In this document: piece after piece, positions 55,259 through 64,000 of the stretch | Layout: each line of letters begins with the position of its first letter | Numbering within the stretch: the first letter of the stretch is position 1 | NCBI GenBank assembly: GCA_022823765.1 | Contig: JAJEHK010000206.1 | Span: 3,984 to 67,983 of the forward strand | DNA: 64,000 bases | Reading direction: 5' to 3' | Source of the DNA: Alphaproteobacteria bacterium | Lineage (GTDB): Bacteria; Pseudomonadota; Alphaproteobacteria; SP197 | The notes under the pieces: model-generated | What the model was told of the DNA's origin: nothing | Seen by the model: only the letters and a program-made list of their open reading frames with translations | The model's database searches: none | Made by a program: the position numbers and the translations under genes

Positions 55259-57280
55259 TCACACGCCATCGCGCGGGATGGTGTCCTCCCAGCTCCTCGA
55301 CCAGATGCGTTCATCGCCGTCATGGGCTTCTGCGTGGGCCGAAAGAAGAAAGGCCTCCCGCGTGGCGGTGAGCACGAAGCGGGTATCGAGCCGGGTCTTC
55401 CAATCCGGTTCCCGTGCTAGCGTGATGACGTAGTCGACCCGGGCTCGCGCCGACAGCGGATCGCCGTCCCTGATGACATAGGTCTCGTGACCGCCACCGG
55501 AGTACTCGGTGCCGGTCTCCTCAATCCGGATATGGCCGCGATCCTTCACCATGTCGATGCGGGTCTCGCCGGTGACGTAGTCGCGTGCCATGGATCGGGA
55601 CCGGTGGTAGGGCTTCATCGTCGTTACCGCCATCGGCGTTGCGGTCGCGCCCCGGCCGAGGGAAGGCAACCTCCTGTCCGACGCCCGCCGACGCCTTGCC
55701 GGAAGCGTGAGTGTGCTGGCTCCGGTGACGATCGAGACCGCCGACGGTTCAGGCGACGGCCAGACGAGCGGCCACGAACCTGTCTGGATGGCAAGGCGGA
55801 TGCGATGTCCCGGGGCAAAGACGTGGCCACAGTCATTCAGCGTAACGCGGACCTTCGTCGTGGTGTCCGGCTCCAGTGGTTCGGGTCGTTCGTGACCGTT
55901 GCGGTGCGAGAGGTTGAGCACGCCGTAGGTCACGCGCGTCGAGGCTCCGTCGGGCGCGACATCGTTGAGACGCACGTAGAGCTGCGCCTGCGGTACGTCG
56001 CATGTGAGTTCCAGATCGACAACCGGCGCTCCGAGTATCTCCATGCGCCTCCCGAGGGCGGGGGTATCGAAGGCAAGACTGCGGCCGTCCTCTTCGCGCT
56101 GGTCGGACGGCATTTCCGCATCGAACCCGTAGGGACACCAGTCTCCATGGGTGATGCCCGCCAGCACTTCCGAGGCGCACACAAGCGTTTCCGGACGACC
56201 TGGTCGCGCTCCCAGGACACCCCTGGCGAGATGGAATGTCCGATCGGTGATTTCAGGATCCGGCCACATCGGCGCCGCCACCCAGCGGCCCGGACGATGA
56301 TCGTAGGACGTCCGCGGCGGCACGCCTTCCTGCATCCAGCAGCGCAGACGCGGTTCATCCATCATGCCGGTGTCGATACCCTTCAGCCAGTGATCCCACC
56401 AGCGGACAAGGTCTTTGAGACCGTCGATTTCCGGGCCGGGCTTTGCCTTCCAGGGGTAGGCGTGGGTCCATGGACCAACGAGGCCGCGGAACGGCGCCTT
56501 CAGGCCGGCCGCCACGCGAAAGATGGCGTTGGTGTAGCCGTCGGCCCAGCCGCCGACCATGTAGACGGCGGCCTTGATGGCGTCGTAGTTCTCGATGACG
56601 GAGCCGTGCTTCCACTGCCCGTCCCGTCGCTGATGGCTCAGCCACTTCGCCACCAGGTTCGGCGCATTGTCGAGGCGTTCCAGCCAGATGCGGCGCCAGT
56701 CCGCGCCAACGACCGCGGGGTCGGGCGGACGCATGGCGAAGGTCGTCATGGTCGTACCCCAGTTGAGGTTGTCGTTGAGCAGACAACCGCCCATGAAATG
56801 GATGTCGTCGGCGTAGCGATCATCCGTCGAGGCGGCGGAGTAGACGGCTTTCAGCGAAGGTGGTCTCAAGGCCGCCACCTGCAGGCAGTTGAAACCGCCC
56901 CAGCTGATTCCCATCATGCCCGTTGCGCCGGTGCACCAGGGTTGGGCCGCCAGCCAGGCGAGAACGTTGTATCCGTCATCGAGTTCCTGCGGCGAGTACT
57001 CGTCATCGAAGAGACCTTCCGAATCGCCGTTGCCCCGAAGGTCGCATCGCACCGCCGCGTAACCGTGACCGGCCAGCCAGGGATGGTGGAGCGAGTCTCC
57101 TGCAGCCGTGAAGTCACGCCGCCTGTAGGGAATGAACTCGAGGACGGCGGGAACCGGATGGTCTTCGGCGTCGTCCGGAAGCCAGATGGTGGCGGAGAGC
57201 CTGACGCCATCGGGCATGGGAATCCACACGGTGTCACGCTTCGTCACCCGTCTGGGAAATCGTGAAACGATCCGCGTCAT
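55259..57280 (-). CDS. CocE/NonD-family hydrolase (peptidase S15, X-Pro dipeptidyl-peptidase-like)
   Basis: Alpha/beta hydrolase nucleophile motif GISWGG and the C-terminal beta-sandwich domain typical of CocE/NonD. Confidence 0.8.
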   Translation of the reverse strand: MTRIVSRFPRRVTKRDTVWIPMPDGVRLSATIWLPDDAEDHPVPAVLEFIPYRRRDFTAAGDSLHHPWLAGHGYAAVRCDLRGNGDSEGLFDDEYSPQELDDGYNVLAWLAAQPWCTGATGMMGISWGGFNCLQVAALRPPSLKAVYSAASTDDRYADDIHFMGGCLLNDNLNWGTTMTTFAMRPPDPAVVGADWRRIWLERLDNAPNLVAKWLSHQRRDGQWKHGSVIENYDAIKAAVYMVGGWADGYTNAIFRVAAGLKAPFRGLVGPWTHAYPWKAKPGPEIDGLKDLVRWWDHWLKGIDTGMMDEPRLRCWMQEGVPPRTSYDHRPGRWVAAPMWPDPEITDRTFHLARGVLGARPGRPETLVCASEVLAGITHGDWCPYGFDAEMPSDQREEDGRSLAFDTPALGRRMEILGAPVVDLELTCDVPQAQLYVRLNDVAPDGASTRVTYGVLNLSHRNGHERPEPLEPDTTTKVRVTLNDCGHVFAPGHRIRLAIQTGSWPLVWPSPEPSAVSIVTGASTLTLPARRRRASDRRLPSLGRGATATPMAVTTMKPYHRSRSMARDYVTGETRIDMVKDRGHIRIEETGTEYSGGGHETYVIRDGDPLSARARVDYVITLAREPDWKTRLDTRFVLTATREAFLLSAHAEAHDGDERIWSRSWEDTIPRDGV

Positions 57281-58737
57281 GATCGTGATCCTCCATTCTT
57301 CCCGCGGCCAACGATGCGGCCGGGACGTCTACCGGTGTGGCCGCCACCATTCCACACCTCGACTCCATTGACGAAGACATGCCCGATCCCGGCGGAGGGC
57401 TTTTCGGGGTCCATGTAGGTCGCCCGGGAGGCGATGGCGGCCGGATCGAAGACCACGAGGTCTGCCCAGGAGCCGGCAGCCACGCGACCTCGCCCCTCGA
57501 GACCGAACCATTCGGCCGAGGCCCCGGTCATCCGGTGAATGGCGGCCTCGAGGCCGGTCAGGCCGAGTTCCCGGACATAGTGACCCAGGACATGCGGAAA
57601 GGTGCCCCACAAGCGTGGGTGGGGGTGTGGCGCCAGGGGAATGCCGTCCGAGCCGATGAGAATGTCGGGATGGGCCATGAGGCGTTCGACATTGCGCTCG
57701 TCACGTCCAAAGTAGATCGCTCCACCCGGTGCAAGACGGCGTGCAGCGGTCAGCGCATCGACATCCCAGTCGTCTGCAATCTCGTCGAGATAGCGTCCGC
57801 CCATGTCCGGGTGTGGCTTCGACCAGGTGACCAGCACCTTGGTGCGACGCTCGACGAAGTCCGGCAGGATGGACGTGCTCGATGCCTCGTAGGGGTAGGC
57901 ATCGGCGATGATCCGGACACCTTGCCTGCGGCTCCGCGCGAACCACGCGAGCGCTTCACCTGCCAGTTCCGGATTGTCGTGCTCGTGACAGTGAAAGTGC
58001 GAGATGATGACCGGGATGTCCGCCTTCCGGCCGATGTGAACGGCCTCGTCGTACGCCTCCCGCGCCTCGCCGGCATAGCTCCTCATGTGGGTTGCATAGA
58101 CACCGCCGGCAGCTGCGGCCCTGGACGCAAGTTCGACAACCTCCGCAGTTTCGCAACAACGCGCCGGCGGGTACTCAAGCCCCGTCGAGAGGCCGATGGC
58201 GCCAGCCGCCATCGCTTCGTCAAGCGCTCCCTTCATGGTCTCGATCTCAGGCCCGGTGGCGGGACGCAGGACATCATCCATGGCGGCAAGGCGCAGCGTC
58301 GCATGGCCCACCAGGAAGGCAGCGTTGCAGGCTGCAGGCGCACGGTCGAGTTCGTCGAACAGGGCCTGGTACGTGGGATAGCGGAAGTCACCCTCGAGGC
58401 CGATGAGATCAAAGGGCTCCATGGGTCGCTCGTCCGCCACCAGGGGAGCGAGCGAGATTCCGCAGTTGCCGGCCACCACCGTCGTCACGCCCTGGCTGAC
58501 CTTGGGGGTCATGTCGCCGGCATCACGCACCATGCGGTCGTCATGGGTATGAACATCGATGAACCCGGGAGCCACCACCTGTCCGGTGGCGTCGATGTCG
58601 GTGTCGGCCGTCATGCCGGAAAGGTCTCCGACAGCGGCAATCCGGTCATCGTCGATGGCGACGTCGGCGCGAAAGCCGCTGCGGCCGCTCCCGTCCATGA
58701 CCGTGCCGCCGCGAAGAATGAGACCGTGTCCGGTCAT
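57277..58737 (-). CDS. D-aminoacylase (N-acyl-D-amino-acid deacylase), amidohydrolase superfamily
   Basis: GFIDVHTHDD metal-binding motif and overall D-aminoacylase architecture. The start MTGHGLILRGGTV is at 58737. Confidence 0.8.
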   Translation of the reverse strand: MTGHGLILRGGTVMDGSGRSGFRADVAIDDDRIAAVGDLSGMTADTDIDATGQVVAPGFIDVHTHDDRMVRDAGDMTPKVSQGVTTVVAGNCGISLAPLVADERPMEPFDLIGLEGDFRYPTYQALFDELDRAPAACNAAFLVGHATLRLAAMDDVLRPATGPEIETMKGALDEAMAAGAIGLSTGLEYPPARCCETAEVVELASRAAAAGGVYATHMRSYAGEAREAYDEAVHIGRKADIPVIISHFHCHEHDNPELAGEALAWFARSRRQGVRIIADAYPYEASSTSILPDFVERRTKVLVTWSKPHPDMGGRYLDEIADDWDVDALTAARRLAPGGAIYFGRDERNVERLMAHPDILIGSDGIPLAPHPHPRLWGTFPHVLGHYVRELGLTGLEAAIHRMTGASAEWFGLEGRGRVAAGSWADLVVFDPAAIASRATYMDPEKPSAGIGHVFVNGVEVWNGGGHTGRRPGRIVGRGKNGGSRS

Positions 58738-58807
58738 GGTTCCCACTTCCTGTTTCTCGGACGCCAAGTTATCCTTTGTCATCCTGGCGCGCTATGTGGG
58801 ATGGACC

Positions 58808-61174
58808 ATGACACGCCATTCGATCGGCGCTTCCTGCCTGCGCAGGGAAGACAGGCGATTCCTGACCGGCCGGGGCCGCTACACCGGTGATCGTCCGCCT
58901 TCGGACGTTCTCACCGCCGTCTTCGTGCGCTCGCCCCTGGCCCATGCCGCGATGACCATCACCGACCGGGACGCTGCGCTGGCCCAGCCTGGCGTCGTCG
59001 CCGTGCTGACGGCGGCCGACATGATGGCCGACGGCGTCGCTCCCCTTTCGGCGTCCTGGAACCTCCGCAACGCCGACGGAAGCGCCTCCTTCTTTCCCGC
59101 CATGCTTGCGCTGGCCGACGGACGGGTCCGCTATGTCGGCCAGCCCTGTGCCATGGTGATCGCCACCAGTGAGGCTGCAGCCCGGGACGGCGCCGAGAAC
59201 CTCGCCATCGACTTCGACGACATGCCGGCAGCAGCCACCCTCGAAGACGCCACCGCCGCGGGGGCACCGGCAGTGTGGGACGCCTGTCCCTCGAATATCA
59301 GTCTTGACTGGACCAACGGCGATGCCTCGGCGGTGGCACGGGCCTTCGCCGGCGCCGCACACCAGGTGAGCCTCGACCTCGTCAACCAGCGCATCACGGC
59401 CATGCCCATGGAACCGCGACTTGCCATCGCGCGCTACGACGCCGGGGCCGACCGGCTGACCTGTCACGTCTCACACCAGCTTCCCCATGAACTGCAGCGG
59501 GCCATCGCGGCCGCCCTTTCCATGCCGGAAACCCGGGTCGATGTCGTGGCCGAGGATGTCGGCGGCGGATTCGGCATGAAGTCCTATTCCTATCCCGAAG
59601 ACATCGCCCTCGCCTGGGCGGCGCGCCGGCTGCAACGCGACATCGCCTGGACCTCGGAGAGGAACGAGGCCTTCCAGGCCGATGCCGGAGCCCGCGATCA
59701 TGTCGCCCGGGTCGCCATGGCCCTCGACGCGGACTTCAGGTTCCTCGCACTCGACATCGAGATCACGGCCAACATGGGGGCCTATCTCAGCCAGCATGCG
59801 CACGCGGTGCCGACCATCTACTGCACCTACTCCATTCCAGGCCCCTACCGCTTCGCCTCGGCCCACGTCAGGGTGCGTGCCGTGCTGACCCATTCGGCCC
59901 CCATCGACGCCTACCGCGGAGCGGGACGCTCGGAAGCCGTCTACATGACCGAGCGAATCATCGATCACGCGGCGCGCGCCCTCGGACTCGATGCCGCGGA
60001 CCTGCGTCGCCGCAACCTGATCGAGCCGCGGCACATGCCCTTCACCACGGCACTCGGCATGACGCTGCAGGATGCCGATGCCCCGCAGCTCCTGCAGCGC
60101 GCTCTCGAGGCGGCCGACCAGGCCGGATTCCGGGCGCGCCGTGACGAGGCAAGACACCGGGGGCATCTGAGGGGTTTCGGCATGGCGCTCCATGCGGCCG
60201 CCTGCGGCGGCTGCTCCTCGGCCGACAGCCTGGCGGCAGGCGCCATGGTCGGTAACTGGGAGAGTGCGCGCCTCCAGGTGCATCCTTCCGGGGCGGCAAC
60301 CCTTTACGTCGGGTCCCACAACCATGGCCAGGGCCACGAGACGGCCTTTGCGCAGCTGGTGGTCGAGCGCACCGGACTTTCCTTCGACGCCATCGAGGTG
60401 GTCTTCGGCGATACCCGCCGCGTGCAGCGCGGCATGGGCACCTTCGCCTCGCGCTCGGCGGTCGTCTGCGGCCCGGCGATCGCCCTTGCCTGCGACAGGG
60501 TCACTGCCAAGGCGCGTGAGATTGCCGCTTGGATGCTCGAGGCGTCGGCTGACGACATCGAACTCGAAGACGGCCGTTTCACCATTGCCGGAACCGACCG
60601 CTCCCTCGACTTCGGCGACGTCGCCCGCGCCGCCTACCAGGCGGCGGGTTTCGGCGAAAATGACCGGGAACCCGGCCTCGACGAGACGGCATTCCACGAT
60701 CCTCCGGACTTTACCTGGCCGTTCGGTGCCCACATCGCCGAAGTGGAGATCGATCCGGCGACGGGTGAGGTGACGCTCGAGCGCTATGTCGCCGTGGATG
60801 ATGTCGGCGTCGAGATCAATCCACTGATCGTCGAGGGACAGATTCACGGCGGGATCGTCCAGGGCGCCGGCCAGGCGCTGATGGAGGCCATCCGCTACGA
60901 CCCGGCCAGCGGCCAGTTGCTGACCGGCAGTTTCCTGGACTACGCGATGCCACGGGCGGACAGCGTCCCGTCGTTCGTCAGCGAACGCATCGCCTGCCGC
61001 GCAACGGTCAATTCCCTCGGTGCCAAGGGGGTTGGCGAGGTCGGCACGTTCGCCGCACCCGCCGCTGTCACCAACGCTGTCCTCGACGCGCTTTCAACAC
61101 GGGGAATCACGCGTTTCGACATGCCGGCAACCCCGTTGAGGGTCTGGCAGGCACTTCACCGCGCCGGCGGCTGA
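58808..61174 (+). CDS. Molybdopterin-dependent oxidoreductase large subunit (xanthine dehydrogenase/CoxL family); no small or medium subunit genes are adjacent
   Basis: An N-terminal a/b hammerhead (CLRREDRRFLTGRGRYTGD) and a MoCo-binding C-terminus (GVGEVGTFAAPAAVTNAV). The start is at 58808, and the track ORF includes 83 spurious upstream codons. Confidence 0.8.
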   Translation: MTRHSIGASCLRREDRRFLTGRGRYTGDRPPSDVLTAVFVRSPLAHAAMTITDRDAALAQPGVVAVLTAADMMADGVAPLSASWNLRNADGSASFFPAMLALADGRVRYVGQPCAMVIATSEAAARDGAENLAIDFDDMPAAATLEDATAAGAPAVWDACPSNISLDWTNGDASAVARAFAGAAHQVSLDLVNQRITAMPMEPRLAIARYDAGADRLTCHVSHQLPHELQRAIAAALSMPETRVDVVAEDVGGGFGMKSYSYPEDIALAWAARRLQRDIAWTSERNEAFQADAGARDHVARVAMALDADFRFLALDIEITANMGAYLSQHAHAVPTIYCTYSIPGPYRFASAHVRVRAVLTHSAPIDAYRGAGRSEAVYMTERIIDHAARALGLDAADLRRRNLIEPRHMPFTTALGMTLQDADAPQLLQRALEAADQAGFRARRDEARHRGHLRGFGMALHAAACGGCSSADSLAAGAMVGNWESARLQVHPSGAATLYVGSHNHGQGHETAFAQLVVERTGLSFDAIEVVFGDTRRVQRGMGTFASRSAVVCGPAIALACDRVTAKAREIAAWMLEASADDIELEDGRFTIAGTDRSLDFGDVARAAYQAAGFGENDREPGLDETAFHDPPDFTWPFGAHIAEVEIDPATGEVTLERYVAVDDVGVEINPLIVEGQIHGGIVQGAGQALMEAIRYDPASGQLLTGSFLDYAMPRADSVPSFVSERIACRATVNSLGAKGVGEVGTFAAPAAVTNAVLDALSTRGITRFDMPATPLRVWQALHRAGG

Positions 61175-61524
61175 TCGCCGACGAGATCGAGGACTCTTTC
61201 CGGCGGCCGTCCGAGAACCGCCCTGGCGCCTGCGAGCACGACTGGACGCTCGATCAGCACGGGATGCTCGTGCATGGCCCGGATCAGGGCGTCGTCGGAG
61301 AGATCCGCTTCGTCGAGTCCGAGGTCGCGCCAGGGCGCCTCGCGGGTCCGCATCAGGTCGCGTGGTCCCATGTCGAGCCGACGGAGCACGTCGCGCAGTT
61401 CTGCCGGCTGCGGCGGTGTCTTCAGATACTCCACGATCCTGGGCCTGAGGCCGTGGTCATTCAGGATCTCCAGTGCGCGCCGCGATTTGCTGCAGCGCGG
61501 ATTGTGCCAGATGGTGATCGTCAT
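61156..61524 (-). CDS. ArsC/Spx-family protein (arsenate reductase, glutaredoxin-coupled type)
   Basis: MTITIWHNPRCSKSRRALEIL active-site motif. Its 3' end overlaps the CoxL-like stop by 19 nt. Confidence 0.8.
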   Translation of the reverse strand: MTITIWHNPRCSKSRRALEILNDHGLRPRIVEYLKTPPQPAELRDVLRRLDMGPRDLMRTREAPWRDLGLDEADLSDDALIRAMHEHPVLIERPVVLAGARAVLGRPPERVLDLVGDQPPAR

Positions 61525-61706
61525 CGCCTGCTTCGTCTCCGTTCCTGACGCGGTCCAGGGGCGACAACGTGTGACGCCCTGACCGCCGGTTCGATCGTCA
61601 TCGTTTCCGGAACGACAGAAACGTCGTCCCCAGAAAATTCCTTTCCCTCGCCAACGCCGACCGCCGTGCCGGGCAGCGGAGCCGGCACGTTTGCATGAAG
61701 GACACC

Positions 61707-63671
61707 CTACCTTCCAGCAGGGACGGGATCGGACGGCGGAGCTGCGACCGTCACCAGAATGACGCCTTCCTCGACACGGTCGCCGGGTTGGACGGTGACC
61801 GTCCGAGCAGTGCCGGCGCCTTCGGCCCGGATGGCAATCTCCACCTTCATTGCCTCCAGAACAACAAGAACGTCACCGCGTCGGAACGTGTCACCCTGCG
61901 CAATGTTGACGGCGGCCACGGTCCCCGGCAATGGCGCCGTCACGTTGCCCGACGCCCCGGCGGCGGAGCCTGAGGTTGCCTGGTGTCGCCGTCGGCTGAC
62001 CACATGGCTGCATCCCTGCCAGGCGACGAGAACGTTCTCGCCCGCCACCACCAGGTCGAGATGCAGAATCCGGCATCCGGCCTCCAGGGTGAGGGCGGCG
62101 CCGGAGTGTTCGATGACCTCGACAACGTCATCGCCGATGCGACAGCGGCCCTTGCCAAGGACCGTAACGGCGACATCATGCAATCTCCCGTCGATAGCGA
62201 GTTCCATCACTCCGGTATCGTCGCCCCACAGGCGCCAGCCAGCCAGGGACTTCCAGGGATCGCCGAAGCCGCCCTGATCAAGGGCGCCGCTGAAGTGCAT
62301 GGCGGCAACGGCGATGACGGCTCGGGGAACGGCTTGAGGCTGTTGGGTGATCCGTTCGAGAAACCCGGTGTCGACCGCGCCCTCGCGGAACTCCGGATTC
62401 TCGAGGGCGTTCCTGAGAAACCCGGCGTTGGTGGCGACACCCAGAATGCTGACGGAACCCAGTGCCTCGCCCAAGCGGGAGACGGCCTCATCCCGGTCAT
62501 CGCCGCATGCAATGATCTTGGCCAGGAGGGAATCGTAGTGACGACTGACCGTGACGCCGTTGCGGATGCCTGAATCGACCCTCAGGCAGGCCGATTCCCC
62601 AGGCATGCGCAGATGGTGGATGCGGCCGGTCGAGGGCAGGAAGTCCCGCGACGGGTCTTCGGCATTGAGGCGCGCTTCGATGGCGTGACCATGAGAGCGG
62701 ATGGTGTCCTGGCGCAAGGTCAGCACCTCTCCGGCGGCAATTCTGAGCTGCCATTCGACGAGATCGATGCCTGTGATCATTTCGGTCACGGGGTGTTCCA
62801 CCTGCAGGCGGGTGTTCATCTCGATGAACGAGAACGCTCCGTCTGCGACGATGAACTCGACGGTTCCCGCACCCCGGTAGTCGACCGCACGAGCCGCGGC
62901 CACGGCCGCCTCGCCCATCTCTTCGCGCAACCGCTCAGAGAGACCCGGCGCAGGGGATTCCTCGATGAGCTTCTGCCAACGGCGCTGCACCGAGCAGTCA
63001 CGTTCAGGAAGATGGAGGACCGTGCCGTGGGAATCGGCCAGCACCTGGATCTCCACGTGGCGTGAAGAGGCCATGAAGCGCTCGATGAGCATCCGTCCGT
63101 CGCCAAAGGCAGCCTGGGCCTCGCGACGCGCCGAGCGCAGCGCTTCGGGAAAGTCCCCCTCGCTCTCCACCCGGCGCAGCCCCCGCCCGCCACCACCGGC
63201 TACCGCCTTGATGATCACCGGAAAGCCGATGTCGAGAGCCTGCTCGAGAAGACCGGCGTCGTCCGGCGACGCCTCCGCATGGCCCTTCGAAACGGGAACC
63301 CCGGCTGCCGCCATGGCGGACCTGGCGGAGTCCTTGAGGCCCATGATGCGGCTGGCCCTTGCGGGAGGGCCGACGAAAACGAGGCCTGCATCCACGCAGG
63401 CTTCGGCCAGCGCCGGATTCTCGGAAAGGAAGCCGTAGCCCGGATGCAGGGCCTCTGCGCCGGAATCGCGGGCAACGCCGATCAGTCGATCGATGTCGAG
63501 ATAGCCATCCGTCTCACCGATACTCCAGGCCTCGCCGGCTTCTGACACGTGTCGCTGGCCGCGGTCGGGATCTGTGTAGACGGCAATGGAATGAACGCCG
63601 AGACGCCGTGCCGTTTTCATGATGCGGCAGGCGATTTCACCGCGGTTGGCCACGAGAAGCCTGGTGAACAC
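61707..63671 (-). CDS. Acyl-CoA carboxylase alpha subunit (biotin carboxylase plus BCCP; methylcrotonyl-/geranyl-/propionyl-CoA carboxylase alpha-like)
   Basis: MFTRLLVANRGEIACRIMKTARRLG biotin-carboxylase N-terminus, an ATP-grasp domain and a C-terminal biotinyl domain EAMKVE. Confidence 0.9.
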   Translation of the reverse strand: MFTRLLVANRGEIACRIMKTARRLGVHSIAVYTDPDRGQRHVSEAGEAWSIGETDGYLDIDRLIGVARDSGAEALHPGYGFLSENPALAEACVDAGLVFVGPPARASRIMGLKDSARSAMAAAGVPVSKGHAEASPDDAGLLEQALDIGFPVIIKAVAGGGGRGLRRVESEGDFPEALRSARREAQAAFGDGRMLIERFMASSRHVEIQVLADSHGTVLHLPERDCSVQRRWQKLIEESPAPGLSERLREEMGEAAVAAARAVDYRGAGTVEFIVADGAFSFIEMNTRLQVEHPVTEMITGIDLVEWQLRIAAGEVLTLRQDTIRSHGHAIEARLNAEDPSRDFLPSTGRIHHLRMPGESACLRVDSGIRNGVTVSRHYDSLLAKIIACGDDRDEAVSRLGEALGSVSILGVATNAGFLRNALENPEFREGAVDTGFLERITQQPQAVPRAVIAVAAMHFSGALDQGGFGDPWKSLAGWRLWGDDTGVMELAIDGRLHDVAVTVLGKGRCRIGDDVVEVIEHSGAALTLEAGCRILHLDLVVAGENVLVAWQGCSHVVSRRRHQATSGSAAGASGNVTAPLPGTVAAVNIAQGDTFRRGDVLVVLEAMKVEIAIRAEGAGTARTVTVQPGDRVEEGVILVTVAAPPSDPVPAGR

Positions 63672-63682
63672 CCCCTGCCCCC

Positions 63683-64000
63683 TTACATGCGGAAGAGGCC
63701 GAACCGGGTCTCGCCGACCGGCGCGTTGAGAGCCGCCGAAAGAGACAGGGCGAGAACCTCGCGGCTCTTCCTGGGATCGATGATGCCGTCATCCCACAGG
63801 CGGGCGCTGGCGTGGAGCGGATGACCCTCCGCTTCGAAACGGTCAACGATGCTCTTCCTGTAGGCTTCTTCCTCCTCCGCCGACCAGTCCTCCCCGCGTC
63901 GCGTCATGGCCTCCCGGCGCACCGTGCCGAGAACGCTGGCCGCCTGCTCGCCCCCCATCACGGATATCCGTGCGTTCGGCCACATCCACAGGAACCTGGG
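63683..64000 (-). CDS. Acyl-CoA carboxylase carboxyltransferase (beta) subunit, C-terminal part; the N-terminus lies beyond the window end. MccB/LiuB-like
   Basis: [15 protein letters not shown]...[29 protein letters not shown] matches the conserved C-terminus of methylcrotonyl-CoA carboxylase beta. The reading frame is open to position 64000. Confidence 0.75.
   Translation of the reverse strand, partial: PRFLWMWPNARISVMGGEQAASVLGTVRREAMTRRGEDWSAEEEEAYRKSIVDRFEAEGHPLHASARLWDDGIIDPRKSREVLALSLSAALNAPVGETRFGLFRM

Noticed and set aside
61156-61174. 19-nt overlap of the convergent CoxL-like and ArsC-family genes, considered as a possible frameshift or misassembly
   Set aside because: Both proteins are full length with intact C-terminal motifs. 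Short convergent 3' overlaps are common and no frame disruption is visible.

Overview
This 64 kb window is GC-rich (about 65% GC) and looks like an alphaproteobacterial (Rhizobiales or Rhodobacterales-like) chromosome or chromid. It is densely coding (about 58 CDS) and dominated by transport and small-molecule catabolism genes, with a few housekeeping genes interleaved. I found no rRNA, tRNA, CRISPR array, integrase or transposase by reading the sequence. Most of the very long ORFs in the six-frame track (e.g. 11..1102 +, 5093..6490 +, 9064..11079 +, 25782..27719 -) are GC-driven shadow frames antisense to the real genes.

Blocks, left to right:
1. 1-5096: a Pot-type ABC transporter (ATPase cut by the window edge, PotD/PotF-like binding protein) with an enolase-superfamily enzyme embedded in it, a GntR regulator and a divergent SMP-30 lactonase.
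2. 5129-14200: a 9-gene minus-strand operon with overlapping start/stop codons, controlled by a divergent GntR regulator. It encodes a sugar-type ABC transporter (binding protein, two permeases, MalK-like ATPase), a SelA/DgaE-like PLP enzyme, a RidA deaminase and two paralogous DHQS/Fe-ADH/G1PDH-like enzymes. This is a candidate uncharacterised amino-sugar or aminopolyol catabolic system.
3. 14201-17522: DUF971, Trm112-like, a vapBC toxin-antitoxin pair, a LON N-terminal-domain protein and a thioredoxin with a TPR-like tail.
4. 17604-25694: a bidirectional catabolic cluster with a luciferase-like monooxygenase, a beta-keto acid cleavage enzyme, an L-carnitine-dehydrogenase-like enzyme, a crotonase, a HisA paralog, RidA, an aldehyde dehydrogenase and a histidine-ammonia-lyase-family protein whose Ala-Ser-Gly (MIO) triad is replaced by Gly-Ala-Gly.
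5. 25755-29418: htpG with a sigma-32-like promoter, a class II aldolase and a GNAT acetyltransferase.
6. 29495-32659: a WYL-domain regulator in an apparent operon with a tandem two-domain AAA+ ATPase.
7. 32968-40468: transporters and methyl-group metabolism genes (a methyltransferase-like protein, homocysteine S-methyltransferase, a GcvT/DmdA-family protein, LysR) separated by unusually long non-coding gaps.
8. 41185-52096: DUF1223, MFS and DMT transporters, a second enolase-superfamily enzyme, two Rieske oxygenase alpha subunits flanking infA, a tandem cold-shock protein and a DksA/TraR protein, then an FAD oxidoreductase and a choline-sulfatase-like sulfatase. This is a quaternary-amine/osmolyte theme.
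9. 52206-64000: a DUF4143 ATPase, a peptide-binding protein with an S15 hydrolase and D-aminoacylase, a lone CoxL-like molybdenum hydroxylase large subunit, an ArsC-family protein and the alpha (plus partial beta) subunits of a biotin carboxylase.
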